Assembly: GCA_963725665.1 (NCBI GenBank)
Contig: CAVRZA010000001.1
Location: 160,001-224,000 of the forward strand
Length of the DNA stretch: 64,000 bases
Source: an uncultured Actinomycetes bacterium
Lineage (GTDB): Bacteria > Actinomycetota > Thermoleophilia > UBA2241
Direction of reading: 5' to 3'
The notes under the pieces were generated by a model. It was not told the DNA's origin. It saw only the letters and a program-made list of their open reading frames with translations, and made no database searches. Shown here one piece after another: positions 20,413 to 32,709 of the stretch (its first letter is position 1; the number at the start of each line of letters is the position of its first letter). The translations under genes were made by a program, and so were the position numbers.

Positions 20413-21041
20413 GTGACATTGGCGTTCTGCTCGACGAGCAGGATGGTCGTTCCCTGAGCGTTGATCTCCCTGACGATGTCGAAGATCCTCTCGACCAACA
20501 TCGGGGCGAGCCCCATCGAGGGTTCGTCGAGCATGAGGAGCCGGGGCCCTGCCATGAGTGCGCGACCCATGGCAAGCATCTGCTGCTCGCCGCCCGAGAG
20601 CGTTCCGCCGGCCTGGGACACGCGCTCGTGGAGGGCCGGGAAGAGGTCGTAGACGCGGTCGAAATCTGCCCTCAGATCCTGGCGCCGACGCGCGAAAGCA
20701 CCCATCTCGAGGTTCTCCCTCACGGTCATCCGCGGGAAGATCTTGCGCCCTTCGGGAGCCTGGGAGAGCCCGAGCGTGACGACCTCACAGGGCGGCACGG
20801 TGGTGAGATCGCGGCCCAAGTACACGACTCTGCCGGACCGCGGCCGTTGCAGTCCGGAGATCGCGTTGAGCATGGTGCTCTTGCCGGCGCCGTTCGCGCC
20901 GATCAGGGTGACGATCTCGCCGCTCCTGATCTGCAGGGAGACGCCCTTCAGCGCCTCGATGTTGCCGTAGAACACATGGATATCTTGCACGTCGAGCATG
21001 AGCTCGGCGGTCGTGGGCGCCTGTGCCGCGGTGGCCTCCAT
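20413..21041 (-). pseudogene. livF: LivF-type ABC ATPase lacking its normal C-terminus
   Basis: GANGAGKST, PEGRKIFPRMTVRENL, LSGGEQQML, LDEPSMGLAP, ILLVEQNA; homology then stops (no AL...R.YVLE.G segment). Confidence 0.85.
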
Positions 21042-21866
21042 CTACGCGCCCTTCCCCAGGTAGGCCTCGATCACTTTGGGGTCGCTGCGCACCTTGGCGG
21101 GTGAGCCTTCGGCGATCTTCTCACCGTGGTCTAACACGACGATGCGGTCAGAGGTGCCCATGACCACCTTCATGTCGTGCTCGATGAGAATGATGGTCAT
21201 GCCTTCGTCTCGTATCCGCCGGATGAGGCGCATGAGGTCGGCCGTCTCCTGGGGGTTCATGCCCGCCGCCGGCTCGTCGAGGAAGAGCAGCGTCGGCTCG
21301 GTGGCCAGAGCGCGCGCGATCTCCAGGCGGCGCTGCGACCCGTAGGGCAGGTTCTTGGCCAGTTCGCCGGTGCGGTCTCCAAGGCCCACGTACGCGAGGA
21401 GAGCCCGACTCTTGTCGCGCACGTCTTTCTCCTCACGAACCGCGCGGCGTGTGCGCAAGATGACGCTGAGCACGTTGCCATGCGTGCGGCAATGCTGTCC
21501 GACCATGACGTTCTCCAGCGCCGTCATCTCGTTGAAGAGGCGGATGTTCTGGAAGGTGCGCGCCACGCCCAGTCTGGTCACCTTGGACGGGAGCAATCCG
21601 GCTATGTCGCGATCCATGAAACGGATCGATCCCGAGGTGGGTGGATAGACGCCCGTGATCGCGTTGAAGAGGGTGGTCTTGCCGGCGCCGTTGGGGCCGA
21701 TCAGCCCCACGATCTCGTTCTGGTCGGCGTGGAAGTCGACGTTGCTCACGGCCACCAGGCCGCCGAACGCCTTGACGAGCTGCCTGGTCTCGACCACGCG
21801 CCTGGCGGGCGGCATCGCCTGTGCGCGCGGGAGTGGACTGCCGCCGGTCACGTCAGTGGGCGGCAT
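21042..21866 (-). CDS. livG: Branched-chain amino acid ABC ATPase
   Basis: [53 protein letters not shown]. Confidence 0.93.
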   Translation of the reverse strand: MPPTDVTGGSPLPRAQAMPPARRVVETRQLVKAFGGLVAVSNVDFHADQNEIVGLIGPNGAGKTTLFNAITGVYPPTSGSIRFMDRDIAGLLPSKVTRLGVARTFQNIRLFNEMTALENVMVGQHCRTHGNVLSVILRTRRAVREEKDVRDKSRALLAYVGLGDRTGELAKNLPYGSQRRLEIARALATEPTLLFLDEPAAGMNPQETADLMRLIRRIRDEGMTIILIEHDMKVVMGTSDRIVVLDHGEKIAEGSPAKVRSDPKVIEAYLGKGA

Positions 21867-23001
21867 CTGACCACTCCTGTCGTTCGTGGTCGGCCTCGGC
21901 TCTGCTGCTGGGGCGCATCTCGAGCGCCACGCGCATGGAGCCCAGCAGACCCTGCGGGCGGAACACCATGAGCAGCACGAGGACCAGTCCGAGGGCGATG
22001 CCGCGCAACTCCGGGTGCACCTGAACGAAGGGGAAGTCGCGCAGCCACTCCTGGAGAGCGATCCAGATGGTCGCACCCAGGACCGGACCCGCGATGTTGC
22101 CCATGCCGCCGAGGACCACCAGGCTCAAGATGAGGAACGACTCCATGAGGATGAAGCTGCTCGGCGAGATGTAGTTGAGGTAGTGGCCGAAGAAGACGCC
22201 CATCATTCCGGCGAAGAAAGCGCCGGTCGCGTAGGACAGCAGCTTGTAGCGGGAAGTGTGGATGCCCATGGCCTCGGCCGCCACCTCGTCCTCGCGGATG
22301 GCCGTCCACGCTCGGCCGATGCGGGAGCGGACGATGCGCGAGATCGTCCAGAGCGATATCACGGCCAGCCCGAGGCCGAGGAAGTACAGACTCGTCTGCG
22401 CCTGGAACTGGAAGCCGAAGAAGGCAGGCTTGGGGATCCCGGGGATCCCCGAGGGACCGCGCGTGAGCCCGACCCAGTTGCTGGCGACGATGCGGATGAT
22501 CTCCCCGAAGCCCAGCGTCATGATGGCCAGATAGTCTCCGCGGACGCGGAGTGTCGGGTACCCGAGGATGGCGCCCGCAGCCGCAGCCAACAGGCCGCCC
22601 ACCAGGAGGTTCACCCACATCAGCCACCAGTACTGGTCGATGTCGACCCCGTACTTCACCAGCAAGACGTTGTGGAAGATGATGGCCGTGTAGTAGGCGC
22701 CGATGGCGTAGAAGGCCACATAGCCGAGGTCCAGAAGTCCGGTGAACCCGACGACGATGTTAAGGCCCGAGGCGAGCACCACGTAGATCACCACTACAGT
22801 CATGAGGGTGATCCAGCGGTCGGATTCGACCACGAACGGCAGGACGATCGCAAGAGCGAGGAGCCCCACGATGAAGGCCCGCTGCCTGCGGGTCGGTCCC
22901 CCGATCAGGGCGGACGCGATGGGGTTGAGCTTGGTCGTGAACAGGCCGCCCGCGTCGGTCTCCTCGTCGAGGGCGCTCGACCTGTGCCTCCGGCCGAACA
23001 T
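21853..23001 (-). CDS. livM: Branched-chain amino acid ABC permease
   Basis: [51 protein letters not shown]. Confidence 0.93.
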   Translation of the reverse strand: MFGRRHRSSALDEETDAGGLFTTKLNPIASALIGGPTRRQRAFIVGLLALAIVLPFVVESDRWITLMTVVVIYVVLASGLNIVVGFTGLLDLGYVAFYAIGAYYTAIIFHNVLLVKYGVDIDQYWWLMWVNLLVGGLLAAAAGAILGYPTLRVRGDYLAIMTLGFGEIIRIVASNWVGLTRGPSGIPGIPKPAFFGFQFQAQTSLYFLGLGLAVISLWTISRIVRSRIGRAWTAIREDEVAAEAMGIHTSRYKLLSYATGAFFAGMMGVFFGHYLNYISPSSFILMESFLILSLVVLGGMGNIAGPVLGATIWIALQEWLRDFPFVQVHPELRGIALGLVLVLLMVFRPQGLLGSMRVALEMRPSSRAEADHERQEWSDAAH

Positions 23002-23002
23002 C

Positions 23003-23941
23003 CTACGCCTTTTGGGCGATCGTGGACCCGAGCAGACCCGAGGGCCGGAACGAGAGGATGAAGATCAGGATGACGAACGCGAACGCATCGCGGTACTGCG
23101 ACCCCAGCGGAAGGTAGGCCGAGCCGAGCGCCTCGATGACGCCCAGGGTCAGCCCGCCCAGAAAGGCCCCCGGGATGTTGCCGATGCCACCCAAGACGGC
23201 GGCGATGAACGCCTTGAGGCCGGGATTGAAGCCCATCAGCGGCCAGGCCGCGTTGTAGACCCCGCCGTAGAGGCCACCGGCGAGCGCGCCCAGCGCCGAT
23301 CCGATGAGGAACGTGATGGCGATCACCCTATTGACGTTGACCCCCATGAGGGCGGAGGTGCGCTTGTCCTGGGCGGAGGCGCGCATCGCGCGCCCCACGC
23401 GGGTCCGGCGGACGAACATCGTGAGCAGGAGCATGACCACGACCGTGACGCCGACCACGAAGAGCTGGAAGTGAGTGATCTGGATGCCCCCGAGCACGAT
23501 GGAATTGGGCTCACCGGCAGCATTTGAGAACAGCGGGATCGTGGGGAACGCGACCTGCTGCGATCCGAAGATCGCCTGAGCCACGTTCTGTAGCAGCACT
23601 GAGACGCCGATCGCGGAGATGAGCGCCGCCAGTCTGGGAGCGTTGCGCAGCGGACGGTAGGCGAGGCGCTCGATGACCACGCCCATGAGCCCCACGGCCG
23701 CCATGGCGATCAGGATGGCCAGGAAGAAGTTGAGGTGAGGCATGTTCACCGTGTGGCCGAACAGGGCGATGTCGGGGGACATCATCATGATGGTGATGAA
23801 CGCCCCGAACATGAAGAGCTCGCCGAAGGCGAAGTTGATGAGCTCGATGATGCCGTACACCATCGTGTAGGCCACCGCGATGAGCGCGTAGAGACAGCCG
23901 ATCATGAGGCCGTTGACGAGCTGTTGGCCGATTGAACTCAT
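23003..23941 (-). CDS. livH: Branched-chain amino acid ABC permease
   Basis: QQLVNGL, YTMVYGIIELINFA, GRAMRA, KAFIAAVLGGIG, RPSGLLG. Confidence 0.93.
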   Translation of the reverse strand: MSSIGQQLVNGLMIGCLYALIAVAYTMVYGIIELINFAFGELFMFGAFITIMMMSPDIALFGHTVNMPHLNFFLAILIAMAAVGLMGVVIERLAYRPLRNAPRLAALISAIGVSVLLQNVAQAIFGSQQVAFPTIPLFSNAAGEPNSIVLGGIQITHFQLFVVGVTVVVMLLLTMFVRRTRVGRAMRASAQDKRTSALMGVNVNRVIAITFLIGSALGALAGGLYGGVYNAAWPLMGFNPGLKAFIAAVLGGIGNIPGAFLGGLTLGVIEALGSAYLPLGSQYRDAFAFVILIFILSFRPSGLLGSTIAQKA

Positions 23942-23981
23942 GGCGACTCGAGGTCCCTCGCCTGCTCCAGTGAAGAAGGTC

Positions 23982-24017
23982 AGGGAGGGGCGAGAGCAGT
24001 CGCTCTCGCCCCTCCCT
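23982..24017 (-). terminator. 16-bp stem-loop between the binding-protein gene and livH (mRNA-stabilising or partial terminator)
   Basis: agggaggggcgagagc-agtc-gctctcgcccctccct. Confidence 0.65.
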
Positions 24018-24040
24018 CAACGACGGTGCAGGACGGCCTG

Positions 24041-25222
24041 CTACTGCGCAGGTTGCTGCGGCGCCGTGACGAGATGGCCGCCCTGCACGACGACGAGGGC
24101 CAGTGGCTTGACCACGTCGCCGTTCTCATCGAACGTGATGGGGCCAGAGATGCCCTGGTAGGTGCCGATGGTGCCGAGCGCGTCGTTGATCGCGGTGCGG
24201 TCGTTCTTGCCCGCGTTCTTGGCTGCCGTGGCGGCAAGCATGACGACGTCGTACGAGTTGGCCGCGAACCAGTCTGGATTCGCGCCGTTGTACTTGGCCT
24301 TGTAGGCGGCGACGAACTTCTGCACGGCCGGATCGTTCTTCGAGTAGTCGAAGAAGGTCGAGACGAGCATGCCCTCGACGGCGGCGCCGCCGAGCTTGGG
24401 CAGCACGTCGGAGGCGTAGCCGTCAGAGCCGAGGAGCTGCACGTCGAGGCCCAGCTCTCTCGCCTGGCGCGCGATCTTGGAGCCTTCCGGATAGTACCCG
24501 GACATGAAGAGCAGCTCGGGAGAGGCGGCCTTGATCTTGGTGAGCTGGGCCTTGAAGTCGGTATCCCCGCCGGCGTACTGCTGCTTTGCCACGACCTTGC
24601 CGCCGGCGGCTGTGAGCCCGGACGCATAGGCATCGGCCAGGCCGCGCCCGTAGTCGGAGTTGTCGTAGATGATGGCCACGTTCTTCTTGCTCAGGGTCTC
24701 CACGCTGTACTTGGCGAGACCCTGGCCCTGAAAGGAGTCGGTCATACAGATGCGCCAGACGAAGTTGCCGAGCGTGGAGATGTCGGGGTTGGTGGCCGAC
24801 GGCGAGATCATCGGCAGGCCGGCGGCCTGATACTTGGCGCCGGCCGCGATCGTCGCGCCCGAGAACATGTGGCCGTCGACCACGACAATGCTCGTGTCGT
24901 CAATGAACTTCTGCGCCACGAGAACGGCTTGCTGGGGGTCGGCCAGATCGTCACCGATGACGTAGGAGGCCTGGCCACCGTTCACGCCGCCGGCTGCGTT
25001 CAGCTCTTCGACGGCGATCTCGGCACCCTGCTTGTGCGAGGTGCCGTAGGCGGCGTACTGACCTGTCATAGGGCCGGCCGCGCCGAACTTGAACGCGGTG
25101 GCACTGGGGCTGCTGGACGAGCTGCTGCTGCCGCCGCCGCAGCCCGCGACGGTGAGAAGCGCGAGCGCCGCCGCCAAAAGGGTGGCAAGAACGAGTGCCG
25201 GCTTGGAGTGGGTCCTGTTCAA
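24041..25222 (-). CDS. Branched-chain amino acid ABC substrate-binding lipoprotein (LivJ/LivK family)
   Basis: VAGC lipobox, GPMTGQYAAYG, ISPSATNP, DNSDYGRGLA, DFKAQLTKIK, GISGPITFDENGD. Confidence 0.92.
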   Translation of the reverse strand: MNRTHSKPALVLATLLAAALALLTVAGCGGGSSSSSSSPSATAFKFGAAGPMTGQYAAYGTSHKQGAEIAVEELNAAGGVNGGQASYVIGDDLADPQQAVLVAQKFIDDTSIVVVDGHMFSGATIAAGAKYQAAGLPMISPSATNPDISTLGNFVWRICMTDSFQGQGLAKYSVETLSKKNVAIIYDNSDYGRGLADAYASGLTAAGGKVVAKQQYAGGDTDFKAQLTKIKAASPELLFMSGYYPEGSKIARQARELGLDVQLLGSDGYASDVLPKLGGAAVEGMLVSTFFDYSKNDPAVQKFVAAYKAKYNGANPDWFAANSYDVVMLAATAAKNAGKNDRTAINDALGTIGTYQGISGPITFDENGDVVKPLALVVVQGGHLVTAPQQPAQ

Positions 25223-25388
25223 TGTACCTCCCCTGGATGCTTGACGAGCCGTAATGACGCCGCTGCGCAGGCAAGATGCGCGTAGCCCCGGAGTTGTTCG
25301 GCAGTCTAAGAGGCGCGTGTGACAGCGTCAAGGAGGCGCGCCAGCGCGAGGCGCCGTGCGCACCGCCGCGTCACGAACCGAGCGGCAC

Positions 25389-25838
25389 TCACCGAAGGCC
25401 GCGAACCGTCATGACCGGCACCTTGCTGGTGCGCTTCAGGCGTCGGGCGGTCGAGCCCGCGACGAGGTCGTGCAGGCGACCTCCGCCATCATCGGGCATG
25501 ACGATGCACTCGGCCTCTATCTCGGCCGCGACTTCCTCGAGCAACCGGACCGGGTCCTCGGGACTGCATCTCGCGTCGGCATCCACGCCGGCAAGCCGGA
25601 TGCGCATGACCTCGTGCCTCAGGTCCTGCGCTGTCTGCTCTTCCCACTCCCTCAGCCAGCGTCTTTCGTCGATCCAGCCGAGGAGGAACGGCGCCTTGCT
25701 GAGGTCCGGCGGCCGCTCGTGCGTGCACACGACGGCGACGTCGCAGTCGCCTTGCCCTTTCGCGAGGGCGATCGCTTTTGCGGAGGCCGCCCTGGCTCTT
25801 GGAGATCCGTCGTAGCCGACGACCACGTGGCGTGACAC
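25389..25838 (-). CDS. Universal stress protein (UspA family)
   Basis: VVVGYDGSPRARAA...GSTARRL...VPVMTV. Confidence 0.8.
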   Translation of the reverse strand: MSRHVVVGYDGSPRARAASAKAIALAKGQGDCDVAVVCTHERPPDLSKAPFLLGWIDERRWLREWEEQTAQDLRHEVMRIRLAGVDADARCSPEDPVRLLEEVAAEIEAECIVMPDDGGGRLHDLVAGSTARRLKRTSKVPVMTVRGLR

Positions 25839-25965
25839 TAGGCACTGCCGTCCGTGTCCCTGCTTCTCATAGTCGAGCCGTCCGTGGGTACGCAGCCTGG
25901 ATCGCCGACTGCCACCCACGAGTGGGTTTCCCCGCCGCGCGGGGTTCGACACCGCGCGGCAGTGT

Positions 25966-27279
25966 CTACCAGAGGGTCATCGATTCCAGGAACAGCCGGC
26001 GCAGATCGTCGGCGCTGGCGGGGCGCGGCGAGAGCTTGGTGACGGTGTGCTGGGGTAGGGTGCCGGCCACGAGCTGGTCGAGGTGCTGAGGGCCGTAGCC
26101 CACGGCCGCCAGGCCGTTCGGCAGGCCGGCCCTCCTCATCAGCGCGATGAGGGCGTCTGCCAGCAGGTCGCCGACCTCGCCCGCGGTGGCCTCGGCTGCG
26201 TTGAGACCCATGAGGCCGGCCGCGTTGCGGTGGCGCTCCGGATCGGCCGTCGCCGTGAAGCGGAAGACGGCCGGAGCGTTGAGCGCCACCGACATCCCGT
26301 GCGGGATGAGGGGATGCGACGGCGGATACCCTTCGGCGACGAAGTCGTACGCCATGCCGGAGACCGGGTACGACATGGCGTGCGCCAGATGGGTGCCGGC
26401 GTTGCCGAAACCGATGCCGGCGAAGGTCGCGGCCAGCAACATGGCGCCGCGAGCTTCCTCGTCAGCGCCGTCGTCGAGCACCCGGCCGAGATTGCCGGCA
26501 GCCATCTGGACGGCGCGCGAGGCCCAGATGTCGCTGATGGGGTTCGCGCCCTGGTACGCCGGCCGCTCTCCCGGGTCTCCCGGTGCCGGCCGGCGAGTGT
26601 ACGGCAACGCAGTGAGCGACTCGAGCGCGTGGCAGAGTACGTCGAGGCCGCTGCACGCCGCCACCATCTTCGGCAAGCCGCGCGTGTTGAAGGGGTCGAT
26701 GATGCCCAGCGCCGGGCGCGCGGCGCGCTGCCGTATGGCGGTCTTGGCGTGCAGCGCCGGCAGATCGAAGACGATCACCCCCGTCGTCTCGCTCCCTGTC
26801 CCGGCCGTGGTGGGGATGGCGATCAGGGGAGCCATTCTGCCGGGCACTGGGCGCCCCTCGCCTATCGGCGGGTTCACGTAGGCGAGGAAGTCCGCCGGGC
26901 AGGAGGCGTACAGGTCGGCCGCCTTGGCGGTATCGATGCTCGACCCGCCGCCGACGGCCACGTAACCGTCGAAGTGGCCGTCGACGGCGAACCGAACGGC
27001 CTCCTTCAGGGAGGAGTCGGTCGGCTCGACGCGCGCCCGGTCGAACAAGACGGCGTCGACGCCGGACTGCCGCAAGGCGTCGAGGGTCACGACGACGGGC
27101 TCGCTGTCCGCCAGGTATGGGTCGGTCACGACCATGACGCGGCGTCCGCCCATCTGGCGCATGTCGTGCCCCACCTCACGGGTCACGCCCGGCCCGAACT
27201 TGATGCTGGAGGTGTCCATGGAGAACGCTGTCTCGAACGCCAAGCCCGACCCTTCCCCACGCCTATCGATAACGTTCAT
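25966..27279 (-). CDS. Hydroxyacid-oxoacid transhydrogenase-like iron-containing ADH
   Basis: GGGSSIDTAKAA, PTTAGTGSETTG, SGLDVLCHALES, RPAYQGANPISD, FGNAGTHLAHAMSYPVSG, IPHGMSV. Confidence 0.9.
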   Translation of the reverse strand: MNVIDRRGEGSGLAFETAFSMDTSSIKFGPGVTREVGHDMRQMGGRRVMVVTDPYLADSEPVVVTLDALRQSGVDAVLFDRARVEPTDSSLKEAVRFAVDGHFDGYVAVGGGSSIDTAKAADLYASCPADFLAYVNPPIGEGRPVPGRMAPLIAIPTTAGTGSETTGVIVFDLPALHAKTAIRQRAARPALGIIDPFNTRGLPKMVAACSGLDVLCHALESLTALPYTRRPAPGDPGERPAYQGANPISDIWASRAVQMAAGNLGRVLDDGADEEARGAMLLAATFAGIGFGNAGTHLAHAMSYPVSGMAYDFVAEGYPPSHPLIPHGMSVALNAPAVFRFTATADPERHRNAAGLMGLNAAEATAGEVGDLLADALIALMRRAGLPNGLAAVGYGPQHLDQLVAGTLPQHTVTKLSPRPASADDLRRLFLESMTLW

Positions 27280-27713
27280 CCGCAGACTAGCACCTCGCGA
27301 CGCGTCTGCGGTCTTCGAACACGCTGGGCCGCGATGGGGGAATGGCGTGCGCAGGGCATGCGGCACAACGAGGCGGCGATGTGAGCTCGGCGTCGCGGGG
27401 AACGGCCGAGCTCAGCTCGAGACTTGTCACGCGGCCCGGCGGGGATCAGGGGTTCGGCTTCCCCGGTCACGTGGCAACGCGCGGCGAGTGTTGTTTCCTG
27501 CACGTTTGGCGGCTAAAGTGTGCAGAAGCGGGCAGGTCGACGAACGGCGAGATCGACCGGGGCGGCGTTTCACGGGGGAATCGTGGGTTCCCAGACGCTC
27601 CATCGCTCATCGTCGGTGGCCGGAGCCACGCCGGTGGTGGCTTCCCGAACAAGCGCGCAGAGGGTGCGCGACTCACCGCCGGCTCGAGACGATCGCGATG
27701 ACGAAGTGAGCGG

Positions 27714-28733
27714 GTGATGAACAGGGCGGTCAGCCTGGTACGGCGCGCGACGGTCGTCGCGGTGATCGCAGTCGCGCTTGTGGCGGCGGGCTGCGCGGGC
27801 TCGAACGAGCCCGCGCAGCCCGCCTCGGCTTCGCCCGCCGCCTCGGTCTCGCCCGCCGCCACGTCCGCCTGGGACCAGGTCGACGACTTCCTCTACCAGC
27901 TCCAGAACATCGACCTGGCCAAGGTCGGGCGCACCAAGTTCGACCTGGTCATCACCGACTACTCCGAGAACGGGCACGAGAAGACACGCTTCACCGCCCA
28001 GCAGATCGACGCCCTCAAGCACAGCCCGGGCGGCCCCAAGTTGGTCCTCGCCTACATGAGCATCGGCGAGGCCGAGACATACCGCTGGTACTGGAAGAAG
28101 AGCTGGGACGCGAACCTCGACGGCAAGCCCGACGCAGGGGCTCCCTCCTGGCTCGGGACCAGCAACCCGGACTGGCTCGACAACTACAAGGTGCGCTTCT
28201 GGGACCCGCGTTGGCAGCGCATCATCTACGGCTCGCCGAACAGCTACCTCGACAAGATCCTGGCCGACGGCTACGACGGCGTCTACCTCGACATCATCGA
28301 CGCCTACTGGTACTGGAGCCCGCAGGGCGAGGGCAAGCCGGTGCGCAAGACCGCCGCGCGCGACATGGTGGAGTTCGTCAAGGCTCTCGCCCACTACGCC
28401 CGTGTCGTAAAGGGTCGGCCCGACTTCGGCATCTTCCCCCAGAACGCCGCCGAGCTCGGCAAGTACCCGGATTACATGGCGGTGGTGACGGGCCTCGGCC
28501 AGGAGGACACCTGGTACAACGACAACGCTAAGTCGCCGTGGACGGCCGAGACGGTGCCGTGGCTCGAGCGCTTCGTGAGCGCCGGCAAGCTGGTGCTCTG
28601 CACCGACTATTGCCGGCGCCCGGAGCTGATCGACGACTTCTACGCCAAGGCGCAGGCGATCGGCGCCGTGCCCTACGCCGCCCGCCGCGACCTCGACAAG
28701 ATGACGATCAACCCCGGGCACCAGCCGGACTAA
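27714..28733 (+). CDS. MJ1477/TM1410-type glycoside hydrolase lipoprotein (GH114/GH166-like)
   Basis: AAGC lipobox, YQLQN, FDLVITD, LAYMSIGEAETYRWYW, GYDGVYLDIIDAY, QNA. Confidence 0.88.
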   Translation: MMNRAVSLVRRATVVAVIAVALVAAGCAGSNEPAQPASASPAASVSPAATSAWDQVDDFLYQLQNIDLAKVGRTKFDLVITDYSENGHEKTRFTAQQIDALKHSPGGPKLVLAYMSIGEAETYRWYWKKSWDANLDGKPDAGAPSWLGTSNPDWLDNYKVRFWDPRWQRIIYGSPNSYLDKILADGYDGVYLDIIDAYWYWSPQGEGKPVRKTAARDMVEFVKALAHYARVVKGRPDFGIFPQNAAELGKYPDYMAVVTGLGQEDTWYNDNAKSPWTAETVPWLERFVSAGKLVLCTDYCRRPELIDDFYAKAQAIGAVPYAARRDLDKMTINPGHQPD

Positions 28734-29014
28734 GGCGGGAGATAGTTCGGGCCTGGGCAGCTTGCTCAACGCGCATGGCGCGCGCGACGTGTCGCGCGAG
28801 ACGCCCCCGCATATCGGTGCGCGGACATCGGTCGAGTGAAGCTACTGCCACGAAGCGACGACGGTGTCGACGCGAGCGAAGACCGTTGCCACCTGCGAGA
28901 ATGACGGTCATGGTCTTGCTGAGGCGGCCGCAAGCGGTCAAGGTGATGGGGACGCCGGTGCGCCTGCGATGGACCAGCAGCCATGGGCGAACCCGCTGAG
29001 GAGACGAGGCAGAC

Positions 29015-30700
<1,686 letters not shown>

Positions 30701-30772
30701 CGACGACGGCAGGCTGAGCTAGCGCCCACTTGACCAGACTGACGGCGCGGCAACAAAGATCGCCGCGTGGTC

Positions 30773-31435
30773 CTACGCGCTGCGCTGCGCTCTGACCTTG
30801 GTGACGAGGTCCTCGACCAGGCGTACAGCGCCGACCGCGTCCGGCGAGTAGCCGTCCGCTCCATACTCCGTGGCGAGCTTCTCTCTCACCGGAGCGCCGC
30901 CGACGATGACCGCCGCGGGGACTCCGGCCTGCTGGGCCAGCTCCACCAGGTCCTTGAGCAACGGCATGGTGCTCGAGAGCAAGGCAGAGGCGGCGATGAT
31001 CTCGGCCTGCGTCTCGCGCTGCTTGTCGACGAACGCCTGCAGCGGCACGTCGATGCCCAGGTCGATCACCTCGAACCCGGCCACCTCGAGCATCAGCTTC
31101 ACGACGTTCTTGCCGATCTCGTGGATGTCGCCCTTGACGGTGCCGAGGACCACCAGGCCGCGCGTCGTGCTCTGCTCGCGGGTCAGGTAGGGTCTCACGA
31201 CCTCGATCGCCTTGGTGAAGATGTCGGCGGAGACGAGCAGCTCGGGCAGGAAGAACTCGCCGCGCTCGAAGCGCTCGCCGGCCTCGGTGATCGCCGGTGT
31301 GAGGCCCGCCTCGATCACCTCCGGTGGCGGCGTGCCGCCGTCGAGCGCCTTTTGCGTGATATCGAGGACCGTCGCCTCGTCGAGATCGAGGAGGGCGGCC
31401 CTAAGCTGACTGTAGCTCTCGGTGCTGCTAGACAT
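30773..31435 (-). CDS. Corrinoid (cobalamin-binding) protein of a methyltransferase system
   Basis: Cap domain (GERFERGEFFLPELL), GTVKGDIHEIGKN (DxHxxG), DLGIDVP, VGGAP, GADGY. Confidence 0.93.
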   Translation of the reverse strand: MSSSTESYSQLRAALLDLDEATVLDITQKALDGGTPPPEVIEAGLTPAITEAGERFERGEFFLPELLVSADIFTKAIEVVRPYLTREQSTTRGLVVLGTVKGDIHEIGKNVVKLMLEVAGFEVIDLGIDVPLQAFVDKQRETQAEIIAASALLSSTMPLLKDLVELAQQAGVPAAVIVGGAPVREKLATEYGADGYSPDAVGAVRLVEDLVTKVRAQRSA

Positions 31436-31454
31436 ACCTGTCCCTTCCTGGTCT

Positions 31455-32537
31455 TCAGCGGGCGAGGCTGCGCGTTGACGAAAGTCGCCGCGGCTCGGTC
31501 TTCATGCCGGCGGCCTCCTTGGAGGCGTCGACCATCGCGACGGCGTTGATGAACGAACCGTTCTGCGGGAACTCACAGCCGGGGCCGAGGATGAACCCGG
31601 TGGGGCCCAAGTCGGCGATCATCTGCTTGCTCTCGGCGACCACCTGGTCGTAGGTGCGCTGCGTCCCCAGCGGCGTGGGCTCCCAGACGCCGTTCAGGCA
31701 GACGCTGCCGTACTTGGCCTTGAACTCGCGCCAATCCGTCGTGCCCTTGGGGAGGCTCCAGAGGCAGTACGCGTCGAAGTCCCCCAGCGCGAAGGCGGCG
31801 TCCACGTAGGGGTTGGGGTCGCAGTCGTGCACCAACAGGTAGGCGCCCTTCTCGCGGATCGCGCGGTGCAGCCGCCGCAGGCAGTCGCCCTCGAGGTCGA
31901 GCCACATCTTCTCACTCATCAGGGAGGCGTTGCCGTAATCGTGGCAGAGCATGATCCAGCGCACGCCGTGGTCGATGACCTGGCGGCAGAACTCGATCTC
32001 CATGTCGGTCACGGCCTCGAGTCCGGCGCGCACGTCGTCGGGGTGGCGCACGCAGTCCATAAGGAGCTGCTGCATGCCGCGCATCTCTCCGAGCGTGACG
32101 AACGGCTCGATCGAGAGCGTGCGCGGCAGGATCTCGTCGCCGGCCAGCTCGGCGATGATCTCGGTCCCCTTGATCTGCTCGCGGAAGCGCGGCGCCTCCA
32201 TCAGGTCGATGGGCTGCAGCTTGTGGTAGTCGTCCGGCGACTTGAGGATGTACTTCTCGGGGTCGGGGAAGGGCGGCTCTTCTTTGAGGTAGATGAGCGG
32301 CTGGCCCCAGGCCTCGGCGAGGACGCACGTGTCGAAGTAGACACCCACGCCGTCGTCGCCGATCAGGTCGTGCCAGGCGAGGTCGGTGAGCGCGCAGAGC
32401 TCGCCGTTGGTGACCATCTCCTGGTAGGTGATGCCGAGCGCGCGCCGGTTGATGCCGCCCTGCTCGCAGAAGACCGGCACGCGGTCGACCTCCTTGCACC
32501 GGAAGGCGGCCTCCATCCGCTCTCGGGACGTCATCAT
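31455..32537 (-). CDS. Uroporphyrinogen decarboxylase/MtaA-CmuA-family putative methyltransferase
   Basis: MTSRERM..AF....VDRVPV, EAWG, HxC (VHDC) and C-terminal ILGPGCE Zn-ligand pattern; co-oriented with the corrinoid protein. Confidence 0.85.
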   Translation of the reverse strand: MMTSRERMEAAFRCKEVDRVPVFCEQGGINRRALGITYQEMVTNGELCALTDLAWHDLIGDDGVGVYFDTCVLAEAWGQPLIYLKEEPPFPDPEKYILKSPDDYHKLQPIDLMEAPRFREQIKGTEIIAELAGDEILPRTLSIEPFVTLGEMRGMQQLLMDCVRHPDDVRAGLEAVTDMEIEFCRQVIDHGVRWIMLCHDYGNASLMSEKMWLDLEGDCLRRLHRAIREKGAYLLVHDCDPNPYVDAAFALGDFDAYCLWSLPKGTTDWREFKAKYGSVCLNGVWEPTPLGTQRTYDQVVAESKQMIADLGPTGFILGPGCEFPQNGSFINAVAMVDASKEAAGMKTEPRRLSSTRSLAR

Positions 32538-32670
32538 GAGGGCGCTCCTTTCTGGGACGCTGGACGTCCCTGATGCGTGTGGCTGTCACGTGCCCGCCGA
32601 GGGTGTTTCTCCGCCCCCGGGGCGTTCCACGGTGTCGCGACGAGAGCGCCGTCACGGGGCGGCAGTTGAC

Positions 32671-32687
32671 TGATTGTCAGACAATCA
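32671..32687. promoter_or_regulatory. Putative GntR/FadR operator
   Basis: Perfect palindrome TGATTGTC-A-GACAATCA between the divergent methyltransferase and GntR genes. Confidence 0.7.
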
Positions 32688-32709
32688 CGCGCGTGAGATA
32701 GTGTCAAGC

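Noticed and set aside
25882-25960. tRNA-like GGTTCGA loop and neighbouring hairpins
   Set aside because: No cloverleaf, D-arm or acceptor stem can be built. It fits a terminator-like hairpin downstream of the transhydrogenase
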